A stretch of DNA of 64,000 nucleotides, from NCBI GenBank assembly GCA_963798085.1, contig CAWCRS010000010.1, positions 32,001 through 96,000 of the forward strand, in the 5' to 3' direction. Origin of the DNA: an uncultured Gemmatimonadales bacterium. Its GTDB lineage: Bacteria > Gemmatimonadota > Gemmatimonadetes > Longimicrobiales > RSA9. The notes under the pieces were generated by a model. It saw only the letters and a program-made list of their open reading frames with translations. It was not told the origin of the DNA and searched no databases. Below are positions 11,194-21,197 of the stretch, piece after piece; the stretch's first letter is position 1; each line of letters opens with the position of its first letter. Both the position numbers and the translations under genes were made by a program.

Positions 11194-12969
11194 CGTCCAG
11201 CTCCATTGGCGACGGGAAGTGTGACCGACAGCTCGACGCCGCTGTGGTCGCGACGACGCACGGCAAGCTCGCCGCCGAGCAGCGAAACGCGTTCGCGCAT
11301 GCCTTCGAGACCGGCGCCGCCGGACACCAGATCACCGTGCGGTCCGACGCCGCTGGTGTCAGCCAGGCCCCGGCCATTGTCGCGCACGTGCAGGTGCACG
11401 TGTGCGTCCTGGTGTACCAGCTCCACATCCACGCGGCTCGCGGAAGCGTGCCTCGCCACATTGGACAGCGCTTCCTGCAGGGCGCGGAACAACGCCAGCT
11501 CTGCGTCCTGACTGATGGAAGGCAGCGTTGCCGGCGCCACGAAACGCACATCGAGCGGGTGGCGTTCGACGAATTCGTCGATGAGGCCGCGCAACGCCGC
11601 CAGCAGTCCGAGATCATCCAGCAGTGGCGGCCGCAGTCGATCCGTGACCGCGCGAATGCTCTCGATGCCATCGCCGACGAGCGACAGCGCACGGTCCAGG
11701 CGAGGCACGATGGCGGGACTGGCACTCTCGCGCAGCAGGCCCAGCTGCATGTTGACGGCCGCGAACACCTGCGCGGTTTCATCGTGCAGCTCGCGGGACA
11801 GGCGACGGCGCTCTTCTTCGTGCTGGTGCACCATGCGCGCAGCCAGGTGCTCCAGTTCCGCGGTCCGTGCCTGCAGGCCGCGCTGCAGCTCGGCGTTTTC
11901 GAGCGCTGCGCCGAACTGTCTGCCCAGCGCGACGAGGAAGTCGGTGTCGAGCGCTGCGAACGGGTCTCTCGCCTGCGCCACGAGGACGAGCGCGCCGCGT
12001 ACGCCGGCGCGGCTCAGAATGGGCAGGGCCGCAATGTAGGGATGCTGCACGGAAGAGCGCGCGCCCACCGCATTCGCGCTCCGCACCACGGGCCGGCCGC
12101 TGTGCAGCGCTTCAGAGACGACCTGCGCCGCGTCGTGGTCGGGCGCGCCGCTCTCCCACGCGGCGCAGGCGCCGCGCGCGTGCACGGTAACGGCATCGTC
12201 GCCTTCATTCAGCACGAGCGCACTGCCTTTCACAGCGGGCAGCGCCATGGCCCGTTCGAGCAGCGCGTGCGCCAGGTCTTCCACTCTTCCACCCGCCTGC
12301 ATGTGGCCGGACAGTGCCGAGAGCGCACGGATGCCGCCGTGCAGCTCCTCACCCACAATGAGCATGATGCCGGCGCCCATCGCCAGCTCGAACAGGATGT
12401 CGATGTAGTAGCCGAACGGGTCCCAAATGCCGCGCGCACGCAGGAACGGATAGTCGAGATGGTGCAGCCCCCAGAGCATCAGCGCGATGCCCAGCAGCAG
12501 CGACGCAGCTGAACCGGCGCGGCGCCAGTGACGCAGGAATACCAGTCCCGTCCACAGCGTCGCGATGCTGAGGAATGCGACGGCGGGTGCCGCCGCCAGC
12601 ATGAAGTTTTCCATGCGATAGATCGCGATGTACGACCATGCGACGGGGAACGCGGCGAAGAGGATGAGCCAGGGGCGCCAGCCCACGCCCTGCGAAAAGG
12701 AGAGTGCGGCCCAGAGCAGCGCGAGTGCGGTGAGGCCGGTCACGACCTGGTGCCAGTACAGCCAGATGCGGGCGCCCGTCAGCAGGAAGACAATGATGGC
12801 GCCCAGGCGCAGCGAATAGAGCAGCCACGCGCCGGCCCAGATCGCGAAATACATTCTTGCGGTAGCGCCGGTACAGCAGGAAGCACACACCGGCCAGCGC
12901 CACCGTGATGGTCGTCTGCAGGAATGCCGCCGCCAGCTCCGAGAGCGACGCCGGGATCAACGGTTGCAT
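11190..12969 (-). CDS. Membrane sensor histidine kinase (multi-TM + GAF-like + HisKA_3 + HATPase); frameshift at ~12855
   Basis: EERRRLSRELHDE, QEALSNVARH, DNGRG and GLEGMRER. The N-terminal helix is in ORF 12349-12969. Confidence 0.9.
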
Positions 12970-13118
12970 GCTCTCAAACGAACGGATTGCGGCTGGAACG
13001 GCAACTGCGTTTCGCTCGGGCTGGCGCTGCTCAGTTGACGCGCGGCGTTGCCGGGGCTGGCAGCCCGGAACGAATCAACGGGTGAAGGCTGGACGCGCAA
13101 CGCGCATCCAACACGGCG

Positions 13119-14366
13119 TTACCCGCCGGCGATCTCCCTGACTCCCTCCACCAGCCTTTCGACTTCCTCGGCGCTGCTGTAGCAGGCGCAGCCGGCTCGG
13201 ACCAGGCCTTCATCGCCGAGACCCAGCCGCTCGACGACCGTGGCGGCGTAGAAGTCGCCGTGTGATACGAACACGCCTCGCGCCGCCAGGCGGCTGGCCA
13301 CTTCGGAGGAGGGCACACCCTCCAGGGTGAAAGCCGCGGTTGGTGTGCGCGGCCGGTCGGGCGGCGGGCCGTAGCGTCGCACCCCGCGCACTTCGCCCAG
13401 ACCCTGCCACATGCGCGCGAACAACGACTGCGAGCGCGCGTGCAGCGCGTGGAACGCCGACTCCAGCCTCGCCCTCCGGTCTGCGCCTGTGCCCAGCCCT
13501 GCGAGGAAATCCACGGCGGCGGCGGCACCGGCCATGCCTTCGTGATTCTGTGTGCCGGTCTCGAGCCGTTCGGGACCTTCGTTCGGTGCGGGCTCGAGCT
13601 TCGGCACATCGAGCAGCGGGACCTGTGCGGCGCGCACGGCGAGCACACCCACGTGCGGACCGTAGAACTTGTAGGCCGAGCAGGCCAGCATGTCGCAGTC
13701 GAGCGCGTGGAAGTCGGGAAGCACGTGCGGCGCGGAGTGCACCGCATCCACGAAGCTCAGCGCGCCCACGGAGCGCGCCATCGCGATGATGGCGGGAAGG
13801 TCGTTGACCGTGCCGAGCGCGTTCGATGCGCCGCCAATCGCAACCAGGCGAGTACGCCGGCCAATGCTGCGCTCCAGGTCGGCGCGCTCCAGCTCGCCGG
13901 TGGCCGGGTCGAGGCGCACGTGACGCACCTGCACTCCGCGCTCGCGCTCGAGTGCGGTCCAGGGCGCAATGTTGGCGTGGTGGTCGAGCTGCGTGACGAC
14001 AACCTCGTCGCCCGCACCCCACACCCGGCCCAGCGCTCTCGCCACGTGGAAGGTGAGCGTGGTCATGTTGGGCCCGAAGGCGATCTCGCCCGCGTCGGCG
14101 CCCAGAAAATCCGCCATGGCCGCGCGCGCGTCCGCTATGATCGCATCGGTCTCGGCGCTGGTCGGGTAGTGCCAGTGGGTGTTGGCGTTGTGATGGTAGA
14201 GGTATTCGGCCATTGCATCGACCACGACGCGCGGCGTCTGCGTGCCGCCCGGGCAGTCGAAGTACGCCACCGGCCGGCCATTCTCGCGCCGCTCCAGCGC
14301 GGGAAACTGCGAGCGGATCTGCTCCAGCAATGCCACGCGCGCGGCTGGCGCGTTCACGGTAGCCAT
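13119..14366 (-). CDS. Cysteine desulfurase-like class V PLP aminotransferase
   Basis: FDCPGGTQ, DHHANIAPW, DAVH, SAYKFYGPH (PLP Lys) and ETGT. Confidence 0.9.
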   Translation of the reverse strand: MATVNAPAARVALLEQIRSQFPALERRENGRPVAYFDCPGGTQTPRVVVDAMAEYLYHHNANTHWHYPTSAETDAIIADARAAMADFLGADAGEIAFGPNMTTLTFHVARALGRVWGAGDEVVVTQLDHHANIAPWTALERERGVQVRHVRLDPATGELERADLERSIGRRTRLVAIGGASNALGTVNDLPAIIAMARSVGALSFVDAVHSAPHVLPDFHALDCDMLACSAYKFYGPHVGVLAVRAAQVPLLDVPKLEPAPNEGPERLETGTQNHEGMAGAAAAVDFLAGLGTGADRRARLESAFHALHARSQSLFARMWQGLGEVRGVRRYGPPPDRPRTPTAAFTLEGVPSSEVASRLAARGVFVSHGDFYAATVVERLGLGDEGLVRAGCACYSSAEEVERLVEGVREIAGG

Positions 14367-14488
14367 GATGGCAGAAACCCGGTCCGAGGAAGTGCGTGCG
14401 CCGCCACGGGCGGCGCTGCGCGGCGCATCTTCACGCGTGCGGTGATTCGGGGCAAGGTGGGCCGGGTGCGTGCGAAACTTCGATCCCT

Positions 14489-14523
14489 GAAAAGACGAAA
14501 CGGCCGCAACTGCTGCGACCGTT
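14489..14523 (-). terminator. Intrinsic terminator of sRNA candidate B
   Basis: AACGGUCGCA-GCAGU-UGCGGCCGUU followed by UCGUCUUUU. Confidence 0.7.
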
Positions 14524-14582
14524 CGCCTCGTCCGTAGCGCTCTCCCCGGAGTTCCCGCTCGCTACGGATCAACATCTGTCGC
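14489..14582 (-). ncRNA. Candidate sigma-54-dependent small RNA, copy B
   Basis: Hairpin UCCGUAGCG-AGCGGGAACUCCGGGGAGAG-CGCUACGGA (14531-14568) lies between a -24/-12 promoter and a terminator. Paralog of copy A. Confidence 0.6.
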
Positions 14583-14593
14583 GAATGCTTCAC

Positions 14594-14608
14594 GCACGAT
14601 CTTTGCCA
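14594..14608 (-). promoter_or_regulatory. Sigma-54 (-24/-12) promoter
   Basis: TGGCAAAGATCGTGC, exact GG-N10-GC spacing, 26 nt from the conserved hairpin. Confidence 0.6.
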
Positions 14609-14934
14609 TTCCTCGATTCATTTGTGCATTTCATTCTCTTGCTTCGAGTTGCCGCATCCACCCGAAAAACGCGGCGCGTGCCGCTCCGGAAACTTCTTTC
14701 GTTGCGCACCCCGCCGACGCGCCACCTTCTGCCCTCCCCCATGTCGCAACCGCGCTGTCAACCCCGTGGCGTCATCACGCCCGCCAGCCATGCTCAGTCG
14801 CACCGGACAAACGAGCCGCGACCTGTCCCCAGCCGTTCCCGTCCGCCCCGGAACATGGACCAGCCGCCAGGCGGATCGCCTTCCGCTCCTCCGCGAACTC
14901 ACCGTTCGCCAGACCAGCCGCACAAATGCCGCGC

Positions 14935-14967
14935 AAACAAAAAGAGCGACCACTCGCGTGATCGCCC
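14935..14967 (-). terminator. Intrinsic terminator of sRNA candidate A
   Basis: GGGCGAUCAC-GCGA-GUGGUCGCUC (GNRA loop, G-U pairs) followed by UUUUUGUUU. Confidence 0.8.
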
Positions 14968-15027
14968 TTTTCGTTCCGTAGCGCTCTCCCCGTTGTTCCC
15001 GCTCGCCACGGAAGACCATGTTGTATC
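14935..15027 (-). ncRNA. Candidate sigma-54-dependent small RNA, copy A
   Basis: Hairpin UCCGUGGCG-AGCGGGAACAACGGGGAGAG-CGCUACGGA (14975-15012). The A>G difference from copy B keeps a G-U pair only on the minus strand. Confidence 0.6.
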
Positions 15028-15038
15028 GGCCCGTGGAA

Positions 15039-15053
15039 GCAGCTTTTCTGCCA
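15039..15053 (-). promoter_or_regulatory. Sigma-54 (-24/-12) promoter
   Basis: TGGCAGAAAAGCTGC, exact GG-N10-GC spacing, 27 nt from the conserved hairpin. Confidence 0.6.
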
Positions 15054-15166
15054 GATTCTGCCCGCGCGCGCCAGACTCAACGCCAGCAATGGATTAGCCG
15101 TGTTTTGCGGGGCTCGCCAGCGGGTCGGGAACGCGCAAAGTTTTTCTGCCGTCCGCTCCTTTGTTC

Positions 15167-15958
15167 TCAGCGCGAGCGTGGGCGCCGCTGCTGCGCGGCC
15201 ATTTCCACCAGTCTGCGCAGTTCCTTGATCGGCTCGGGACTGTCATCGACCTGAAGCCGCAATACCACGTCATTGTGCAGCCAAACGCCGGCATCCTTCT
15301 TCACGATCAGCATGGCGGCGGACTCCATGCCGCGTTTGTCGCCGCCGGCCAGCTGACCTGCCTCGAGGGCGGCCAGCAACCGGAACGAGAGATGGCCGGT
15401 CGTCTCTTCGAAGGCCTTGACCATGCCATCCACGACGGCCGGCCCTGCCAGGATGTTGCCCTGCGCCGTGCAGAAGGTGCCCGCCTTCGAGCAGCGCTTG
15501 TCGCCGGCCCACGTCGTGGCCTGCGGTCCTGTGTAGGCGGCGGCAGTGCCCTTCGCGTCCATCACGGCGAACTGGCGGCCGAGCTTGGTCCAGTTCTTGG
15601 GGTCGGGATCGGGATCATTGTCCCAGACCTGCTTGATGATGTCCGCGGGAGCCATTCCCTTGCGCAGGAGCGCGATTGCCTGCGGGCCGTAGCTGACATC
15701 GACGATGGCCTGGGTGGCGACCGCACCCACGCCGGCTTCCGCCCAGAGCACGCCATTGCCCACCGAGAACACGCGCGACTGCACGGCGCCGCCGACCTCG
15801 CCGGTTTCCGGGTCGTAGCCCAGGATCGAGAACGTGGCGACGGGCGGCCACGGCATGCCGGGCTTCATGCCCGGGTGTTCGCGCACGGTGCTGCGGGGTG
15901 CGCCGCAGGCCAGCGTCAGCAGAGTGGCTGCGGTCGCGGAGCGGAGCGTGATCTTCAT
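15167..15958 (-). CDS. DUF1028 family (Ntn-hydrolase-like) exported protein/lipoprotein
   Basis: Lipobox-like TLAC, then ATFSI, VGAVATQA, QGNIL, GGDKRG and LQVDD. Confidence 0.88.
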   Translation of the reverse strand: MKITLRSATAATLLTLACGAPRSTVREHPGMKPGMPWPPVATFSILGYDPETGEVGGAVQSRVFSVGNGVLWAEAGVGAVATQAIVDVSYGPQAIALLRKGMAPADIIKQVWDNDPDPDPKNWTKLGRQFAVMDAKGTAAAYTGPQATTWAGDKRCSKAGTFCTAQGNILAGPAVVDGMVKAFEETTGHLSFRLLAALEAGQLAGGDKRGMESAAMLIVKKDAGVWLHNDVVLRLQVDDSPEPIKELRRLVEMAAQQRRPRSR

Positions 15959-15970
15959 CGTCGCCTCGAT

Positions 15971-16726
15971 TCAGGGCTGTATGGTGGCGTGAATGGTGGA
16001 GTCCAGCCGTGCGAAATTCTGGCGCAGGTACGCGTTGCCGCCCTTCGCCATGCACGTCTGGTCGGGCCCCGCGCCCTGGGGCGGGCCTTCGCCGTACTCG
16101 CTGTTCAAGCTGTTCACGACATCCATGCCCTCGGCAATCCTGCCGATGGGCGAGAAACCCATGCCGTCCAGCTGCGCGTTGTCGGCGAGGTTGATGAAGA
16201 TCTGGGTCGTGCGCGAAGCCGGGCCGGCAGTGGCGAATGTAACAGTGCCGGGCGCATTGCTGTGCGCCACGGAATCGTCCGGCAGCTTCTGGTCATCCCA
16301 TGCCTTTTCGATGGCCGGAACGCCGCTCATGCCGAACTGCACGACGAAGCCGGGCACGACGCGGAAGAAGCGTGTGCCATCGTAGAAGCCGTTGCGCACG
16401 AGGCCGTAGAAGCGGTCCGCGCCACGCGGCGACCACGCCCGGATGACATCGATGGCGAAGGCGCCCTTCGAGGTCTCGAAGCGCGCGCGGAAGCTGTCCG
16501 GCGCGGTCGTGCTGAACGCCGGGCCCGTGGGCTGCAGCAGCGCCTGCTGTTCGGCGCTCGCGGCCGGAGCCGCGATAGCGGGGCAGCCGCTGTTGTCAGC
16601 GACGCTGGCGCCTCCGCCGCTGTCGCCCGCGCATGCCGCCAGGAAATGCAGCAGCGCCAGACAGGACGCCAGAGGGATCGTCCGCTGCGGGATCGTGCCT
16701 GCGACGTTTCGCTTCATGGCTCGCAT
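15971..16726 (-). CDS. Cyclophilin-type peptidyl-prolyl isomerase, probable lipoprotein
   Basis: FFRVVPGFVVQFG, RTTQIFINL, LDGMGFSP and a LAAC lipobox. Confidence 0.92.
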   Translation of the reverse strand: MRAMKRNVAGTIPQRTIPLASCLALLHFLAACAGDSGGGASVADNSGCPAIAAPAASAEQQALLQPTGPAFSTTAPDSFRARFETSKGAFAIDVIRAWSPRGADRFYGLVRNGFYDGTRFFRVVPGFVVQFGMSGVPAIEKAWDDQKLPDDSVAHSNAPGTVTFATAGPASRTTQIFINLADNAQLDGMGFSPIGRIAEGMDVVNSLNSEYGEGPPQGAGPDQTCMAKGGNAYLRQNFARLDSTIHATIQP

Positions 16727-16729
16727 TGC

Positions 16730-17266
16730 CTAACGTGAGAGTTTGGCGTCACTGACCCAGGCCAGAGACGCGATGCGCCAGTGTCCATCGAGGCGTACCA
16801 GGGTGAACGCATCAATGCCGCTCCAGTGCTGCGCCGGTGTGCTGTCGCTGTACTGTGCGTCGTAGTGCGCCCACACGATGGCCAGCTCACTCGTCGCGCG
16901 CACTTCGCTGGACGTCATGTGCTCCTCGAAGATGGTTTTGCGGCCGGCGCCCTGCGGCGCCTGGCGCACGAACTCGGCGACCGGCATGACCAGCACGCGC
17001 GATTCATCCTCGCCCGGCGGCGGCCACACCATTGAGACGGTGGCGCCGGGCCAGAAGTACGACTCGTAGCGTGGCCAGTTGCGTGCATTCAGATCGGCGT
17101 AATACTGCTGCACGAGCGCGAGCACCTGATCGCGCACGGAGTCCGGCGTCGCTGACACGGCCGACGGCGGCGGCGCCGGTTCGCCCGCGGGCTGCGACGG
17201 CCCGCAGGAAAGCGGCGGCACCGTGACGGCCGCCACCACGCCGAGAAGTATGACCGCTATGCGCAT
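16730..17266 (-). CDS. NTF2/SnoaL-like (DUF4440-like) exported protein
   Basis: Signal peptide, LAIVWAHY and GIDAFTLVRLDGHWRI, the typical C-terminus of NTF2-like proteins. Confidence 0.75.
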   Translation of the reverse strand: MRIAVILLGVVAAVTVPPLSCGPSQPAGEPAPPPSAVSATPDSVRDQVLALVQQYYADLNARNWPRYESYFWPGATVSMVWPPPGEDESRVLVMPVAEFVRQAPQGAGRKTIFEEHMTSSEVRATSELAIVWAHYDAQYSDSTPAQHWSGIDAFTLVRLDGHWRIASLAWVSDAKLSR

Positions 17267-17443
17267 GCGCGCGACGATTCCACTGTTGCGGCGGGCCGGG
17301 ACGCGGCGCGCCGATCATTCTGCCTTTGCGGAGGCGCGAACTTAGCGCGACAGCGGCCCGTGTGGAAGAGAGCCTTTCCGTGACGCGCCCGGTGGCCCAC
17401 TTTTCCGCGACTCGCTGTTCCCGATCCTGTTGAAGCGGAATGC

Positions 17444-19040
17444 ATGAGTGAGCCTGACGTGAAGGCCGCGCCGGCAGGCGGGCTCGCGTACAAGTGGAAA
17501 GTCCTGATCTCCGTCGTGTTCGGCGCCTTCATGGTGGTGCTGGATACGACGGCGGTGAACGTCGCGTTCCAGACTCTGCGCCGTGAGTATGCCGCCGGGC
17601 TGAGCGAAGCGCAGTGGACGCTCAGTCTCTACGTGCTGGCGCTGGGCATTGCGACGCCGGTCGCCGGTTTCCTCGCCGATCGTTTCGGCATCAAGCGCAC
17701 GTATATCATCGGGCTGGCCGGTTTCGTTCTCGGCTCGTTCCTCTGCGGCATTGCGCCCAGCCTGTGGCTGCTGGTGGCGGCGCGCGGGCTGCAGGGACTG
17801 AGTGGCGGCATGGCGCTGCCGCTGGGCTCGGCGCTGCTGCTGCGCGCGTTCCCGCCCGGCGAGCAGGGCAAGGCGCTGGGCCTGTTCGGTGTGGCCATGG
17901 TGTTCGCGCCCGCGCTCGGTCCCATTCTGGGCGGCGTGCTGGTGGACGCCGGACTCTGGCGCTGGATCTTCTTCATCAACGTGCCCATTGGCCTGCTGGG
18001 CGTGACGCTCGCATCACGGTTCCTGCGCGAGGAACGCAGTCACCGCGAGCATCACATGGACTGGATCGGACTGCTGTGCGGAGATGATCGGCTTCGGTGC
18101 GGTGCTGTACGCTGCGTCGCTCGCCGAAGTGCGCGGCTGGACGAATCCGGAGGTGGTACGCTGGTTCGCGATCGGTGGCGCGGGTCTCGCCGCGTTCGCG
18201 GTGGTCGAGCTGTTCGTGGCGAAGGATCCGCTGCTCGATCTGCGACTCTTCTCCAATCGCACGTTCATGGTGGCGTGCTTCGTGGGGTGGGTCACCGTGG
18301 TCGCGCTGTTCGGCGCCGAGTTCCTGCTGCCCGTGTACCTGCAGGCGGTACGCGGACGCACCGCGCTGCACGCGGGACTCATTCTGCTGCCCATGGCGGC
18401 AGCGGCCGGCATCGCGACACCGACGGCCGGCCGCCTCTATGACCGCATCGGACCCCGCGCCTTGCTGGTGGGCGGCTTTTCGCTGCTCGTGATCAACACC
18501 TGGCAGTTCTCGCAGCTCGACGGCGCGACACCCATCGCCTGGATCATCCTGCTGCTGATCCTGCGCGGCACAGCGCTGGGCATGAGTGTGCAGACGACAA
18601 TGGTCACCGCACTGTCCGTCGTTACCGGTCCGGCCCTGCCGCGCGGCGCCTCGCTGGTGAATGCGACACGCAACGTCGTGCAATCGATCGGCGTGGCCCT
18701 GCTGGCCACGGTGCTCGCGGCGGGACTGTCACCCACGACGCGGCGAGTGCAGCTGGCCGCGCAGTCGTCCGGGCTGGGCGGCGTGTGCGAATCCGTCGAA
18801 CCTGCCGGCGGCGGCGCGACCCGGCCGGCGAGCCCGCCGCCGTTTCCCGCTGATGTGCTGAGCCGCGCCTGCGACGAAAGCATTGCGGGCTTCAGCAACG
18901 CCTATCGGCTCACCTTCTATGCCGCACTGCTGTCACTCACGCTGGGCGCCCTGCTGCCCGGCTGGCCGGGCGAGTGGGGCGGCCGGAAGAGTGCCGCGCA
19001 CCACGAGCGCGACGCCGACGCCATGCAGCCGGTCGCCTGA
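17444..19040 (+). CDS. DHA2 (EmrB/QacA) MFS efflux permease; frameshift at ~18080
   Basis: LDTTAVNVA, GFLADRFGIKR, PALGPILGG, WRWIFFINVPIG and PLLDLRLF across two frames. Confidence 0.9.
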
Positions 19041-19043
19041 TCC

Positions 19044-21170
19044 ATGATCCGCGTCTGGCCCGGCTCACCGCATCCCCTGGGCGCGACCTGGGACGGCGAA
19101 GGCGTGAACTTCGCCCTGTTCAGCGGCAATGCCACCGCTGTGGACCTCTGTCTGTTCGAGCACACGACCAATGTCGCGGAAATCCAGCGCGTTCGCCTGA
19201 CCGAACGCACGGATCGCGTGTGGCACGCCTATCTGCCCGATGTGCGGCCCGGACAGCTCTATGCCTTCCGCGTGCACGGCCCCTACGCGCCCGGGAGCGG
19301 CGACCGCTTCAACCCGAACAAGCTGTTAATCGACCCCTATGCCCGCGCCATCGCGGGCGGTGTCGTCTGGAGCGATGCGCTGTTCGGGTACCAGGCCGGC
19401 TCGGCCCAGGAGGATCTGTCGTTCGACACGCGCGACAGCGCACCGGGCGTGCCCAGGTGCGTGGTGGTCGACGATTCCTTTCCCTGGGGCGACGATGAGT
19501 CGCCACGCACACCGTGGCACCGCACCATCATCTACGAGTGCCACGTGAAGGGCATGACCATGCTGCACCCGGATGTGCCGGAACACCTGCGCGGCACGTA
19601 TCTGGGCCTGGCCGCGGACCCCATCATCGAGCACCTGCAGTCGCTGCATGTCACCGCGCTCGAGCTGATGCCCGTGCACCACGCGGTCTCGGAGCGCCGC
19701 CTGGTCGAGAACGGACTCACCAACTACTGGGGCTACAACTCCATCGGCTTCTTCGCGCCCGACTCCCGCCTCGCCACTGGTTACCTGGGCCGTCAGGTCA
19801 CGGAATTCAAGTCCATGGTGAAGCGACTGCACCGCGCGGGCATCGAAGTGATTCTGGACGTGGTCTACAATCACACGGCGGAAGGTGGCCGGCTGGGTCC
19901 CACGCTGTCGTTTCGTGGCATCGACAATCCATCCTACTACCGCCTGGATCCGGAGCAGCCGCGCAACTACGTCGATTTCACGGGCACGGGCAACACGCTG
20001 AATGTGCCGCACCCGCGCGCCATGCAGCTGGTGATGGACAGCCTGCGCTACTGGGTGCTCGAGATGCACGTGGACGGATTCCGCTTCGACCTGGCGTCGG
20101 CGCTGGCGAGGGAGCTGTACCAGGTGAACCGGCTGGGACGCTTCTTCGACATTATCCGGCAGGACCCGATCATCTCGCGTGTGAAGCTGATCGCGGAGCC
20201 GTGGGACCTGGGCGATGGCGGCTATCAGGTCGGCAACTTCCCGGTGGGCTGGGCCGAATGGAACGGCAAGTACCGCGACAGTGTGCGCCGGTTCTGGCGA
20301 GGCGATTCCGGGCAGGTGGCGGATCTCGCGTACCGGCTCTCGGGCAGCAGCGACCTGTACAGCAATGCGGAGCGCAGTCCGCACGCGAGCATCAACTACT
20401 CGACCGCGCACGATGGCATGACGCTCGACGACCTGGTCTCGTACGAGCGCAAGCACAACGAGTCCAACCTGGAAGACAACCGGGATGGCACGAACGCCAA
20501 CTGGTCGCGCAACTGGGGCGTCGAGGGGTCGACGCAGGAAGAGGAGATCCTCGAGCTGCGCGCACGCATCAAGCGCAACTTCATGGCCACGCTCGCCTTT
20601 TCGCAGGGCGTGCCCATGCTGTCGCACGGCGATGAGCTGGGACGCACGCAGAGCGGCAACAACAACGCGTACTGCCACGACAGCGAGCTGACCTGGGTGC
20701 GCTGGGACCTGGACACGCGCGAGCGCCGCTTCCTGCATTTCGTGCGGCGGGTATTCGAGGTACGTGCCCGCAACGCCGTGTTAAGACGGCGCACGTTCTT
20801 CCATGGTGAGCCCATTGTGCCGTCGGGCCTGAAGGATCTGGCGTGGCTGCACCCGGACGGGCGAGAGATGACGGAGGCGGACTGGCGTGAGGAGCGGCAG
20901 CATGCGCTGGGCATGCTGATTCACGGCCGGGCCACGGATGAGCGTGATGAGCGGGGCCGCCTGGCCGTCGGAGAGACCGTGCTGTTCGTGCTGAACGGCG
21001 GTGCGCGCGCCAGGCGCTTCGTGCTGCCCGTCCTGGTGGAGCCCGGCCACTGGATCGAGACGGTGAACACCACGCGCTCCGCCGAGCGGCCCATTCGCGC
21101 CAATGCCATCAGCATCGCTGCGTACTCGTGCGTCCTTCTCACGTTCGCGCGTTTCATACCGGCGGGCTGA
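19044..21170 (+). CDS. glgX: Glycogen debranching enzyme (GH13)
   Basis: NYWGY, DVVYNH, DGFRFDLA, IAEPWD, AHDG and GNNNAYC. Confidence 0.96.
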   Translation: MIRVWPGSPHPLGATWDGEGVNFALFSGNATAVDLCLFEHTTNVAEIQRVRLTERTDRVWHAYLPDVRPGQLYAFRVHGPYAPGSGDRFNPNKLLIDPYARAIAGGVVWSDALFGYQAGSAQEDLSFDTRDSAPGVPRCVVVDDSFPWGDDESPRTPWHRTIIYECHVKGMTMLHPDVPEHLRGTYLGLAADPIIEHLQSLHVTALELMPVHHAVSERRLVENGLTNYWGYNSIGFFAPDSRLATGYLGRQVTEFKSMVKRLHRAGIEVILDVVYNHTAEGGRLGPTLSFRGIDNPSYYRLDPEQPRNYVDFTGTGNTLNVPHPRAMQLVMDSLRYWVLEMHVDGFRFDLASALARELYQVNRLGRFFDIIRQDPIISRVKLIAEPWDLGDGGYQVGNFPVGWAEWNGKYRDSVRRFWRGDSGQVADLAYRLSGSSDLYSNAERSPHASINYSTAHDGMTLDDLVSYERKHNESNLEDNRDGTNANWSRNWGVEGSTQEEEILELRARIKRNFMATLAFSQGVPMLSHGDELGRTQSGNNNAYCHDSELTWVRWDLDTRERRFLHFVRRVFEVRARNAVLRRRTFFHGEPIVPSGLKDLAWLHPDGREMTEADWREERQHALGMLIHGRATDERDERGRLAVGETVLFVLNGGARARRFVLPVLVEPGHWIETVNTTRSAERPIRANAISIAAYSCVLLTFARFIPAG

Positions 21171-21197
21171 GCGCCTTCGACAAACGCATTCGGGATC

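Noticed and set aside
14531..15012. Known riboswitch (ZTP, cobalamin, c-di-GMP) or a two-repeat CRISPR for the duplicated hairpin
   Set aside because: The signature elements (e.g. GACUGGCG/CGCCUGGG for ZTP) are missing, the copies are ~440 bp apart, and each has its own promoter and terminator.
14396..15097. ORFs of 104-233 aa in the sRNA-containing gap
   Set aside because: Atypical composition, no motifs, and they run through terminators.
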